Positions 39,001 to 51,561 of a stretch of 64,000 nt of DNA are shown here, piece after piece. Below the pieces are notes generated by a model. The model did not search any database. It was given only the letters and a program-made list of their open reading frames with translations, and was not told where the DNA came from. The stretch is from contig JAYWIR010000038.1 in the NCBI GenBank assembly GCA_036172245.1, positions 744,001-808,000 on the forward strand, read 5' to 3'. How positions within the stretch are numbered: position 1 is the stretch's first letter; each line of letters opens with the position of its first letter. The position numbers and the translations under genes are program-made. Origin of the DNA: Raillietiella orientalis (lineage: Eukaryota).

Positions 39001-42000
39001 CTCCAGCAACACTGCTCTAGACGGAGAGTCTGCCATCCTTCGCCAAGCTGTGCACGCCTACGTTGTTCGCCGGTGCTCCCAACCTGAACGCCATCGGACA
39101 AGTCCGCAGCGCGAAGTCAATCGTGGCCTGCTATTACGTCATTCTCACTCCCCAACAGCGCCTGCAAGAAGTCTCGGGCCCAGCCGCGTACAGCTTCATC
39201 TCTTTCTCGATTAAAGGACCCGGAAAACTCTTCAGGAACGGACTAACAAACCTGCGGCCTCCATCCCTACGATAAATCCCTCCCAATTCGTAAAGCCATT
39301 CCTGTGCTATTGCCTAAGGATTGAGGGGCTTTCATCACCACCCTCAATCGTGGGATGAATCCCTCCCAATTCGTACAGCCGCTCCCAACAATTTACAGGA
39401 CAACCTATAAACCAACAAAGCAGGACTCATCTTACAACCTACCTAATCACTTCCTATCAACTTCATAATACCTCTTACCTGACAACTTTAACCCATCACT
39501 CGAAGGTATTTGACCTCTCTCGCCACTGCACTCCCCCTACAATTTACGTGAAACCGGAGTCGTGCACTCAGCAGCACCACCCATCTCATCAGGAACGCCT
39601 CGCGTCACCGCCGATGCATTTTTGCCATCCTACCAAACCAGGAAACATTCCAGCTACCCAATCCTTTCGTACCGAGAAATCCCATCACCGATTGAAGACA
39701 GGATAACCAGTCTGGAAGACGCCGACCCCAACTCGCCAGGCGGTGCGGGAGTTTCAGGACCAGAGGTGCCACCGCAAACCTTCTGCACCTCATGGATACC
39801 CGCGAATTCAACACGGAGGTCGCAAAGAGAACTCTGGTCGAGGGCTCGAAAGACGTCCGCAACGCCAGGTCCACGTTGCCGGGCCGGGGAGGAGAAATTC
39901 ACGGCATGAGGAACGCAGGGACGTTTTCGCGCAGATTCCCGAGTCACGTTCTCTCATCCGGCAACAAGCAGCTGGAAAAAAAATCCGACCGCGTGAAGCA
40001 CCAACGAGCCTTCGTCGGGGATGCAGACCGAGTTCCGTGCAAGAGAAAGACAAGAAAGTTCTCACCTGATTTCAATGTTTGCTTTGCCCCGAGGTTTCAG
40101 CGTGAAGGTCAAATCCGTGTTCTCGCTCCACACGGCAAACGCCTTAGAGGTTTCTTGCTCCACGACCTTTTCACTCAATCTTGCAGAGGAGGGGTACTTC
40201 GAAAGCTGGTAAGTCAGTTCGTGCGTGGACCAGTACGTTCCTAGCAAAGACGGGTCAGATGGTCGCCTTTACTCCTCGGCGTGGATTCTGCGTCGGCACA
40301 TTTCTTTCATTATCAAGCGCAACGAGTTGTGGCTGCAACCCACACACCGCAGCACCCCTCTACCATCCACCTTCCGCGGAATCACGTGACCTGCGCTCGC
40401 TGATATTTGGTACACAAAAGCTGTCGTCACCGAGGCCCTTTCCATTTCAAAGAGCCGATTATTCAGTTGCAAATTCAGCTCTTAAAACATTCATTACAGT
40501 TACGATGGAAGCATCGATCTTGCCAGCCGTAACAGTCGGCCGCGTGTTCGCAGTCCTGGTCGTGCTGGCAGCCGTTTCCAATGTAGGTCTTTACGACGGC
40601 CGTCGTCCCTGCGGGAGAATCAATTTGTTTGCAGAATCTCCGGAAACGATTCCGCAGTTCTGCCAAGCGAAAATCCCCGAATGAGCCAGGCAAAGTGGAA
40701 CCTGACAAGCTGGTAGGGTGCTCCGGCACAGTGACCTGGTCGAGCGGCACAGACAGAGCAGCGCAGCCACAGGAGAAAGAAAGGAACCAACCGCGCCGAG
40801 CCGGGTCGCTCCTGATGCCGGTGCAAACCAAGGAGACCGAAAAGTTCTCTTGGCGAGGAAGGTGTTTGAGTTGCACCACGAAATGTGCTTCCCCGCGCCT
40901 CATTCTATTGGAGAGTTCCTTCACATACCGTTGGGTCTCAACGAGGGAAAAGACAACATCACATCGGGCTTGTGGAAAAACGTCACTTTCCCCACTCCCT
41001 TCTTGAATTTACAAGCAGTGCTACACGAATTGAAAGCACGAACTTCAGGACGGGACGAAAAATCCTTTCTGAAGGACTGCAGGGAAGTGCTTGGGGATTT
41101 TGTACATCATGGAGGTTGCTCAGGAAGAAGACAGCTCCAAGATTGATCTGGGTGGATACCTCCCCCAACGTCCTCTGGCAGCAGTTTGCAAACTGGAGGT
41201 TTCAGGAATTGAGGAATCAGGATGGGAACAGGGAATCTTTCCCGGCTTTAGCAGGCAGTTGACGTTTCCCTCAAGCAACTGGCCCGTGGCCCCTTCTTTG
41301 GCTTTCATATTCTGCTTCACTTTTTTAAGCAGCGCTACCGGTGCTGTTGCATGCCGACTAAGTAGCCGCTGCAACCCAGGGGAAACCTGGATCGATGTTT
41401 TTCTATTTGGAATGCCGTGGGCGATGAAGGGAGTGTGAATGATGCCAATTTCCTGGGGGAAGTGAAGTCCCGTTTCGAGCGAGGGACTTATTCGAGCAAG
41501 AAGGACTTCTCGAGTGGCCACCTTCCAGTAAATTCCCCAAACGTGTCAGAAACCTCTCGTTACCATCCAAGCCTTAATTTGCAGGTCCTTTTTTGAAAAG
41601 CGTAGCGACCTCACGGGATCATCGTTGCTATTGGACCTGGAGATGGTGGGATCCTTTTGGAGTTCTGTTTTGTTTGCTTTTCATTCCAGTTTTCTTTCTT
41701 TTCTTTTTTTCTTCGGGTATTTTTTTTTTTTTCGGTGCTCAAGGGGCGCTGAAGGACCGTTCGCCTCCTTAGGGAGGGCTCACGAAGCTCTCTGAGCACC
41801 GCCCACGCTACCCGCGGGTGCGTGTGACTTCAAGTTTTAGGGAGTGATCCGGAGGGACCACCCTATGAATCCAGGAAAGCTCAGGGTGAAGGATTCCGTT
41901 CCTCTTACTGTTGGGGGGGGACCTCAAAAGAGACCTCCTTTTCCTCATTCTCTCCGGAAGGATCCACCCTGAAGGGTGTCTTTTCCCCACTGTTTATTCT

Positions 42001-45000
42001 CCGAAGGGAACCCCCACATGGGAGCCGCACCCTGTTTCCTCCTCGGAAGGGAATCCCCAAGGGAGCAGCGCGCTTCTTCATACTCTGGAGAGGTGTCAGC
42101 AACCCACCTGCTCCACGGTACGAGATGCTCCCCCCCCACGCAGATGTGGGGGGATGTGGCTCCGTTTTCACAACCGGAGAGAAACTCTGGAGGGACTCTT
42201 TTTCATTTTCTCTGAGGGGCTCCCCGAAGGGAGCAGTGTTCTTAACACTCTGGAAAGACAGTCCCCTAGAGGAATTTCAACCAGCTCCATGGAACGTCTC
42301 TCTCGCTTTTCCCAACCGGCGTGAAACCCAGAAGGGAACCGGCCCCTTGAATTCCTAAAAGGATCTTGGAGGGTTGAATTCCCATGCCTGCCAGCCAGCG
42401 GGGGTGCATCCGGGGGGGTTTACCGAGTTCCACCAGTGCGTCACCCGAAGCCTGTAGGGACAACCAGCGTCATCCTGCGGAGAGGTTCGAAACCCGAGGC
42501 ATCCATTCTCGACGTCCATCCTTCCCCGATAGGGTTCGAAGCCGCAACACGTGGTACAAGCGTGCGGAGATCGTAGCTACACGGCCGCCCATGCGGGTCG
42601 ATTCTTTTAAAGATTCCGCACAAGAGTGTTCATTAGTTGGCCGCATAGCAACAGTGCGCCAATATTAACTGGAGCACTGTTGCTACGCGTGGATATTTTG
42701 TGAATACCCGCACCAATCTGGACTCCCCACGGACGCGGAGACATCTCCATGGTGTCGCAATGTGGCGGCCACGACGACACCGCCAAGGGTGCTGATTCCG
42801 CCTTCCCAGCCTAAGAAGATCTCGACCGCACCGTGCTCGCTTGGGGGCAGGGATGTGCCTCTGCGCCGCGGGGACGGATGGCCAGAGACGATTACGAGAG
42901 GGAGGGCCACGTGAACTGTGCCGTCGGCGCCTCCCCATCTCGGAATTGCGTGGCAGCAGCCTTTCTCTGGTTACCGTGAGCTACGGCAGCGCCGGCGAGC
43001 GCAGCTGCGTTCCTGGACGCGCCTCCGAGATGCTCGAGACGTCGGCAGCGAAGAAGAGTGTTTTTTTTTTTTTTCCCCTCCTTACCTTGCAGAGCATACC
43101 GCTTGTCCCTGCTACTCTTTTGTTGTATATCCTTGACTCCACATCTTGGCAGCTTCATGTACCTGATGGTCTCTTCGTCCATCTCACCTGTCAACAGAAG
43201 TTAGACAGTTCAGTGATTGAACAACATCGTCTGCGCACCACGAGCGGCTGACGCCCATGGGATGAGAAACGATTAGGAGGAAAGACAGCATCTGAGCGTT
43301 TCTCTCCTCGATTCAGACCTAGTCAGCGGGATTCACTGCGTGATCGCCGCGCCGCACCCCGGTCGGGTGATTCCTGGAAGCGCCGCAAGCGCGAGACGAT
43401 CAGTCGCGGCTGCGTTGCGAAAGGCGCCACTTCGCGTCCCCGGGCATGCCGGCCTCGGAGCTTGGGCATCCAGGGAGCCGACGAACCCGGGTCGCAGCGC
43501 GCAACAACCGGGAGCGTCGGAACGCTAAGGCATACAGATGGCACCACTGCCCCCGACGATTCCCGGAGGCGTTTTCCGCAGGCGCTTTTCATCCGTGCAA
43601 GTTCGCTCGGGACCGGCTGAACCCGAAAAAGCGCAGGACTTTCCTTGACCTCGGTCTCGTCAAACCGGCCCGCCGCGACACCGTCCCTGAGCGGCGGTCG
43701 AGGCAGCGAAGCGAAGAAGGCAGCCTTGGAGAAAGGCGGGCGGAGACTCCGTATCCAGGCGGAGACGCTGCAGCCCTGCCCTGAAGACTGGGACCCGTCG
43801 CTACCCACCAGCATCCTGGTTTCGGGACGTCAGCTGGAAGATGGCCCACGTCCGTCCGATCTCGGTTCCGCGAGTCCGCTCACCGGTCCAGCAAGAGCAA
43901 CCAGCAAGCAAGGCGTTCGAGGGGGGGGGGGGCACCACTAGAGCGCGAGACCCTACCGACGTGCGGGTGGTACCGGAGACAGCAAGAGGAAGAGGACCAG
44001 GATTTCGCTGCCACTTTCGCGAAAGAAGTCCGCCGTCTGGGGGTGCGTGCGGCGGGCCACCCGGCGCAGGACGAGCACGTGGGCAGGGAGAATCCGCGCG
44101 CTCCTGCGAGCATTTCGCGCTCCTTCACCGCTCAGAGAGAGCCAGCCAGGAGATCACGAGGTCTTCCGCTTTTCGGACTTCCCGGGATACGCGAAGGGAA
44201 GGAGAAGAGGGAGCGCGGGAAGCGTCCGATCCCTCGCCGCCACTTGTCTTCGCTGCTTCCCTTCCAGTCTTTTCGGGTTTTCCTTCTTTGGGTTCGCCGA
44301 GTGCTGAAGAACCGTCCGCTTCCTCAAGGGGGACCCAAGAAGCGCTTCTTTAGCGCCGTTGCCGACTCCACCTGGGGGTGCGTGTGACTCTTCAAGTTAG
44401 GGGGTGACCCCGGAGGGACTATCCAATGCATTCAGGAAGGCCCCGGGAAAGGAGTCCGTTCCTCTTACGGTTGGGAGGGAACCCAGAAAGGAACCCTCTT
44501 CTTCCTTGTTCTCTCCGGAAAGGGGCCTCCCCCTTGTTTCTTCTCCGAAGGGAACCTGCAAGGATTCGCTCCCTGTTTCATCCTCGAAAGGGGACCCCGA
44601 AGGGAGCAGAGGGCTTCTTTACACTCTGGAGAGGTGTCATCAACCCACTTGCTCCACGGTACGAGGTGGAGGGACGGGTCCTTCCTCCCCCCTATGAAAT
44701 GGGAGGAGAGGGGTGTCGGCTCCATTTTCGCAACCGGAGGGGGTAGGGAACCCCGAAGGACTCCCTGATTCCTGGAAGGACCCCGGAGGATGAACTTTCA
44801 ATCCCGGTTACTCAACAGGGGGCGTCTGACTTCCTGCTGTTCCCACCAGCGCCGCCGCACCCGAAGTCTACAGGCCAGGCAGCGCCACCCTGCGGGGGGG
44901 GGGGGGGGAGGACTCGGAACCCACAACGACGTATCCTCCATCTACGGAGTCGACGCTTCCCCCCGGCCGGAATTCAAACCCGCGACGCTAGGTGACTCTG

Positions 45001-46244
45001 ACGCGAGTCTCAGTTGCTTCTTCCAGTCTCTCTTTCAGAGAGGATCTGTCCGGAGCGCCATCGGACGAGTGGGGATTTTCGACACAACCCCGAAGTGAGC
45101 GAGCAGCGCTGCTCGAAGGGCGGGTCGCTTCGCGGAGGAAGATGCAAGGGAGCCCGGTTCCGCGCCGGTTACCCCGATGACCTGGCGCTAAAACTCCCTG
45201 ACGGGCCGCGAGCGGAACAGACGCGAGGGACCTACCCGGAGGTGGTGCTGCACCTGTTCCCTTCCCCGCGCCCGTTCTTCTCCCGTGTACGGCCCGCCGA
45301 ACCGAATGAGATCTGCGCGACCGTTGCCGCGAGCGAGTGGCCTCCGTATGACCTCTTACCAGTCTCGTTGATACCAGCGAAGGCTTGGAAGGACAGCAGA
45401 GCTGACCGGACGCTGTCGCCTGATATCAGCTGCGCCGCGGTTTCCCCCGGAGGCTGGGAGGCGTTCATGTAGCCGTACTTGAAGAGGTAGGCCTGGAAGC
45501 AGAAAAAGGAGAGGTCCTCGCGCGGTCTCCCGAGAAACCAGCCAGTCGAACGGAGGCCTAGAGGTCGCGTTCCCAAGGTACGGGACTTTCCCCGAGGGGA
45601 GCCTCCCTCTTCCGGACCGCGGCAGGTGGGGTCGTGCAATGCCGGCCTCGACCTTCTTTCTCGGTCTCCGAGACCCGTGGTCGAGGGCGCACCATCGCGC
45701 ACGCCGTGTCCCCTAGAGGACACGGCGCGACCCGGACGGACATCTTCGAGCCCCACCTTCGGTCCACCGCGGCTCTCTGCTACTGACCCATCTCTACTCT
45801 CATGACCTCCGGCAGCATGCAGGTCACCGATTCGCCCCGCGGTCGTTCCCTTCTGTGCAGCCACGCAGGGGAACCAGGGACCTTCTTTCCCTCCCCTTCC
45901 CCTCCCCCCTCCCCTCTGGATCACCAATCAGCAAGCGCGGCTGCTGAAGCGATAGAACCCACCCTCCCCCGCCTCCTCACTTACCACCATGACTTCGTGG
46001 TCGACGCCGTTCTTCAAGGGGAAGGGGGAGGCGATGCGACAGCACCACAGCACTGAAACATCAGAGGGGTCCCATAGAAACGGGCGGAGCCGAGGAACGT
46101 TTCGCGGGCTGCTTGCCGGACCCTCGCGCTTGACGCGAATCGCCAGAGTCTGCGGCAGCAGCTCCCGCCAGCCCGCCAACTATCCTTACCGGCGGCGATG
46201 GCTCCCGCGAGGACGGCTTTCGCTCCCGGCGAGAGCAGCAGCAT
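33053..46244 (-). CDS. Mmp1: Matrix metalloproteinase, Mmp1-like (M10A; signal, pro-domain, catalytic, hemopexin)
   Basis: Exons (minus): 46244-46190, 46052-45985, 45492-45360, 43187-43086, 40240-40066, 38013-37877, 37825-37677, 37602-37446, 37156-37023, 35549-35408, 35352-35174, 33491-33350, plus a tentative last exon 33255-33053. Signal [30 protein letters not shown]; cysteine switch PRCGVKD; furin site [24 protein letters not shown]; zinc motif [11 protein letters not shown]; Met-turn LMAPFY; hemopexin repeats ending DWFGC. Exact orthology (Mmp1 or a paralog) and the last exon are less certain. Confidence 0.93.
39271..39380. repeat. Short direct repeat (18-nt exact core, 83-nt spacing)
   Basis: aatccctcccaattcgta at 39275-39292 and 39358-39375, with similar flanks. 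Confidence 0.85.
41816..42590 (-). mobile_element. Dispersed repeat, probable tRNA-derived SINE, copy 1
   Basis: Co-linear similarity to 44376-45017, including a 43-nt core with 2 mismatches (42082-42124 vs 44623-44665). The minus-strand head has a B-box-like gcggcttcgaaccc (42545-42532). Confidence 0.6.
44376..45017 (-). mobile_element. Dispersed repeat, probable tRNA-derived SINE, copy 2
   Basis: Shares the gggtgcgtgtgact terminus, ccgttcctcttac, ctccgaagggaac and the 43-nt core with copy 1. B-box-like gcgggtttgaattccgg at 44983-44967. Confidence 0.6.
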
Positions 46245-49200
46245 CCTATGGTTTCCTTGGTTCCACTCGGAAGGCGAGGAGGTTCGTTGACGCAGATGGG
46301 GGCTTCCTGCCGTGTCCTCCTGGCATGCTAATGAGGCCTTCCCGTGGTCAACCGGAAAGAAACGAGGGAAACTCTTCCTTCTCCCGCACCTGAGACTGCA
46401 CATCGCGTCCGATCAGCATTACCAAACGAAAAAAAAAATGAAAAAAATGAAAAAAAATGAACAAATAAAAACAAAATTTGAGAATTTTTCATCCGGAGAA
46501 GATGCGTAGCATCCTTCCACAAGAAAAAGCGTCGAGGGTTCGAAGAGCGGAGGGCGCGCAGAAGGCGAGTTCGACTTCTCCATGAGACCTCCCATTTCCT
46601 CCTCCTCCGCCTCCCCCCACACAATCCACACCCCCAACTGGAACCTCAAAGAGCTGGACGGACTGAGATGAGAAGGCTCTGGGCCCGGAAAGGGGTCAGG
46701 CAGAAGGACGGGCCTGGGGGCGCAGCGCCATCCCTCTTCCTGGAAGTCCAGCGGATCCACAAAGCGAAGGGGCATTCGCGTAGCTCCCGAGGAGAGCACT
46801 GCCCCACGCGCACCCTCCGAAGAGGGGCTGCGGGGAACGCGGATGGTGCGGATGTAATCTCCGACCGACGATGGCAGCTGGGAGTTCCAGCCACCAGCGA
46901 CCCTTGCGATTCCCACCCTGGTCTTTCCGTCGCTTCGTGGTCGCCGCCGCGCGACTCCCACCTGCGTGGACTGACGTCCGCGTTCCCGCGTGCCCGCCAG
47001 CGGGCCTGCCTCGAGACGCGCGCGAACTTGGGGTGGACAGCTGAGACTCTGCGAGCGTGGAGGCGACGCAGGCGATCGGGCGGGGGAGGAGCAACCGAGA
47101 GGAAGCGGATGAGAACCGGGGAGTGGGGCGGGTACCGGGAGATGAAAGCCGGTTCCGGGGAGACGCGAGCGACGGACGGGCCCGTCACCGAACCGGGCCA
47201 AGCCTAAGAGAGAGCCGCCCGGAGCACGTCAGCGCCTGCAGACGCTGCATCCCTCGGGAGCAGCACGCTGGCGGAGGGAAGGCTGGCAGCGGGAGGACAC
47301 CAAGCGACAGTGGCGGCGGTCTCGGGGACGTGTGCGAATCTCGGCGCATGGGATCCTTTTGAGCCGGACGGGGCGTGACCTGTGGGGGGGAAGGCGAGCC
47401 ACGCTACGGTGGACGCGGAGTGTTCCCGCCACCCGAGAGGGCGTGAGCGGGAGACGTGCGCAGCAAGAGAAGAGCGGTTCCGCGGATGAAGATCAAGGGC
47501 GAAATGGAAAGGGCCAAGAAAAAAAAAAAAAAAAAAAAGAAGAGACTGTCTCGGTGTCCGTCCCCTTGACCGCGACTCACTCCGGCCGGAGCAGCCGTCG
47601 ACCGCACGGCTGGAAAAGGATCTCTGGAAACACACCACGCGTGCTCGGGGTGCGTACAAAGACGGACAACGCAACAAAAAAGGAAAAAGAAGAGAAAATT
47701 CATGCGAATGTTCAAAAGGGACCCCATGCTTTTTTCTGGATCCTGGAACTCTTCACTGAGCCGCCACCATTTGCCAGACAGCACTGAGGCCGTGACGAAT
47801 TCGCATTTCCCTGGAGTCAGGTGGGACCATTTTCCTCAAGACCGCACGCGCTGCGAAAGCGGGCGTTTGCACACACAACCTTTGCGGAAACCGCAGCAGC
47901 TGCCCCCCTCCTCCCCCCCGGAACGTCTTCGCGGGCCCAACAACAACCGGCAGCGAGCACGGCCCGGATGCGTGCGTGTCCTTCGGGTGCTTCCCGTGTT
48001 GGCTAATTGCACGGACGTTGCGTGCCCAGTCGTTCCGCCTCCTCGTCCCTGCGGCACGAAATTTCCAAAGCGAACGCCCAGGACGCGCGCGCGGTTGACG
48101 TGGAAAGAGTGGACTCGGGAGCGCACCTTACTGACCACGTGCCCAGGAAGCGCTTGCACTTGGGGAGGAAGGTCCATCATCCCCTGCAACCTCCTCGCAT
48201 CCGCAGATGCCTGCCGTTTTCGCTTTGCAGGAGAGACGGTGTTGTGCACAAAAGGCATTGTTCCTGGCTGACGCGCGTGAGCGAGTCGGCCAGGAGCAGC
48301 AACAGGAAGAACGAAAAGCAAATGCCTTACCAGTGAGCGATCAGAGAGCTTCTGCTAAACAAACACAAAGCACTTGTGGCACATCACCCGTTCACCGGAA
48401 TCCCCGCGGCAGCCACCAAGATTTTTCAGCGAAATGCCGGTCCGCCCGTGGAAACGGAATCGAGACTCGCGTCAGGGAAAGCTCAGACAGAAGGTCACTT
48501 CCCGTTCACGCATGGTTTCCCAGTGAAAAGTGACTGCAGTGATAGTTCCTAGGAAACGCTTAGTCAGCGAGAGATCTTGATTTGCTTCGCCCGCGATGAT
48601 TACCGGCTTCGTGTCAGCGACCCAGCAGGCTACTCCGAAGAGAGAGAGAGAGAGAGGGAAAAAAACTTCCAAAAAACAGAACACGAAGGAAACGCAGAGC
48701 TCTTGGTGGAGACGCAGTTACTATGGCACCTCGCGTCTTCAGGGCACTACTTGTGAGCTGCCTGTTGCGATACCATTCTTCTTTTTTTTTTTTTTTAAAA
48801 AAAAAAAAATGAATTAAATTGCAATTACACGGAGCACACGTATGTTGACCACCATGAAGCGATACACTGCGAGTACGAGTATACGACCCTCCTCGCTCAA
48901 AATGTGCTTAGCAACGGTGTCTGCTGGGTCCTTTATCTGGCCGGCCATGATAGAATGACACTGCGAAATAGTACGAGTACGAAAAAGAAAAAAAAAAAGA
49001 AAAAAAAAGAAGGTCCAACGCAATTTCTATGGGGTGTTTTCCTCGGAAAGGTATTTAAATATTTACAGAGGGAATGACTGCACACCTCCTGTGCAAGGTT
49101 GCGACATGTCAGGACAAAAGAATTTTCGATCCTCTAACTTTTCGCCCTGCAACAGCTCGTCAAGGAATGTTTGTTTTCCAGAACGATTATCGTGGATCTC

Positions 49201-49963
49201 TTGTGATCCCCCCTTACCCCCCACCCCATCCATTACCAAACTACAAGCGGCCGTTCATCAAAACGCGTTTCCAACGGGACGGCTCGGATTTTGTTGATTC
49301 TGCAGCAGCCTGTTGGTCCGGAAGCCGAGATTTGCTTTCGGAATTTGCGAGATTATTCCGAATTCCGCAGAGATCCCGCCTGCGACGCCTCCGTATCTGT
49401 CTAAACCAACCGAGAAATCAAGAGTGGATATCTGTGGAATCCTTCCAGAATCCCTCCTTATCCCTTCTAGATAAGGAAGGACTGACGTCTTCATGATTTC
49501 GAATAGAGGCTTCTTTTTCGAACAAACATTCTTTATTTACATTCACTAATCAAAGAACATCCGAAGTATTCCTCCTCTACAGATATTTGTACGTACATAA
49601 TATGAAACATGCAATAGCTGCTGTTTCCTTTTTCTTTTCCTGCCCAGTAATATGACAACGGAGATCTGCATCTTTCTGATGTAAGTGGTGCGAAGACACG
49701 CCTTTGGCTGAATCCTGTCTTTGCAGCATCGAAATTTTCCACCCGGTCACTCCGGGGCATTTATTTTTTGAAAATAAACCGACCACTACAAGAAACAAAG
49801 GGCACGCAGCCCCACTGGCGACGGGGGTGGAGTCGGTGCGCAGGAAGGGAGTCCCGTACATCTGCCCAAAGTGTCTCCAGAAAAGCCGCTTTCGAACAGA
49901 GGAACCGGCACCCCGCTCCTCCAATACAACATCTCTGTACAAATACAAATCTTCTCCATGCAG

Positions 49964-51561
49964 ATCTCCGCTTTGAGAAAGAAAGTGCCGTCGAGGACCA
50001 CCGCCGGTGAAGTAAGAAGCACATCAAGAACGATCCAAGTTTTTCCACCCGGTTTTGCAGGGGGGTTATAAATTATTATTAAGGAAAATAATGATAAAAG
50101 TCCATTGGAGGTGTTCCAGTGTGGTGAAACACTTGTTTGCAACACGCGCTCGGAGCTTGCCATGATAAAAAAAATAAACCGGTTGGGGACTGGGTGCGAG
50201 TTAACGGAAGTTCAAGGAAAGGGTCCACCGACACGCAGGCGGGGACAACGGAAAGTCCGAAACGGGGGAGGCACAAGGGGACGACGCAAAGTGGGTGGGA
50301 TGGGATCTTTGGTTTCGCTCCTCGGGATGAAAACAAAAAGCACGAAGAAAGTTACGGAGCGAATGAGCTTGGGGAATATGAAAAAATGAAAAAAAAACGG
50401 AACGTGGGAACAAGGATCACCGGGGGTCCGACCGTTCCAAGCCGTCCATCAACAGGCAGTGGGTGCCGGTGGTCTCCTCCTTCGCTTGCTCTTCCAGGTG
50501 AAGCCACCTTGCAGCCGTGCTGATGTAGGCGGCTGCCACCCTCATGACCTCCCTTCGCTGCATGGTGATCATCTCGAGCACATGGCGGGCCGTGGCGATA
50601 GCACGGATGCAACTGATGGTTGCGGCCACCGAGCTTGACGAGAGTCCTCCCGGCGCGAAGAACCGCCGCAGAACGTCTCGGGTGGTACTACCCTTCCTGG
50701 TGCAGAAGTGCCAGACTCCGCCACAGTTCTTGTGGAGGGCACCGCAGTCCAAGAGCATGTGCGGGATCGACTCCGTCAACCCGCACCTGGCGCAGTCTGG
50801 AGATGCAACCCCTCCGGAAACTCGATGCCGTCGCTCGTCACTCTGGGAGTCCCCAGTGGGGGAAGAGCAGCCCGACCTGCTTCCAGGAGAGGGGGGGCAA
50901 CGAACCGTCCGCACGGTGGGGAGGGATCACAAGTTCTTCAGTATCGAAGTCGCACCTAAAAATCTGCGATCAGCAGAAACATGGGAATGCATCTCCCGTC
51001 GAATATGTCCACCAAACATGTGGAGGTAACAACAGCAGCCTAATCACTGGCATCACATTCCATGTGGTTAGGAAAGTCATGGTTATCCCAGCTGACTTTT
51101 CCTTTCAGCACCTCAGTGCGCAGATGCAAATCCCTAGAATGTGTGATGCAAGGATCTGGACCTCATGCTAGGCAAGTGTGCAATAAAAAAAGTATTCGTT
51201 CGAATTGTACACCACCATTGAAAATAGACAGGTAATTATGAGTTGACAACATCAAGATAATTTTGCCGTTACATAATAGTGCATTCATATTTATCATGTG
51301 TTCTCATCATTCCCAATTTTGCAGCGAACCAGGAGATTTTTTAAACGGTTTTTTTCTTTTTTTTTTTCCAGCGTGAAGTCAAAGTCCCATCAATCCAAAT
51401 CGAGTGCGCCAGAGGAATCGGATGGTTCTCTGGAAATGCCCATGGAAACCCTCCCAGTCCGTGTGAACCCGTTCTTCTTGCAAGTCGAGAGAGTCATCTC
51501 CACACGGAATGAAGGATTTTCATTTGCTGTCGAGCAGGGGGTCGAGCGTGGATTGCCTTGA
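49964..51561 (+). CDS. Putative orphan gene fragment (four phase-consistent exons)
   Basis: Exons 49964-50006, 50977-51025, 51109-51171 (AG|GCAAGT donor) and 51372-51561 give an open chain ISALRKKVPSRTTAETWECISRRICPPNMWSTSVRRCKSLECVMQGSGPHASVKSKSHQSKSSAPEE... No homology recognised. Confidence 0.25.
50417..50950 (-). mobile_element. Non-LTR retrotransposon 3' fragment (ORF2 C-terminal CCHC, zf-RVT-like)
   Basis: Minus ORF contains PTGD...SPDCARCGLTESIPHMLLDC, the CxxC...E(S/T)xxHxxxxC knuckle found after the RT domain in LINE ORF2 proteins. No RT is present, so the copy is truncated. Confidence 0.7.

Noticed and set aside
32021..39380. Short direct repeats as a CRISPR-like array
   Set aside because: Only two copies each, eukaryotic context, no cas genes.
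42525..42590. tRNA gene on the minus strand
   Set aside because: B-box-like motif only, with no complete cloverleaf; better explained as a SINE head.
48331..48400. Candidate first coding exon of the MMP (strong gtaagg donor on minus)
   Set aside because: Stops in the usable frames and no in-frame ATG; the ATG at 46244 gives a good signal peptide. It may be a 5' UTR exon.
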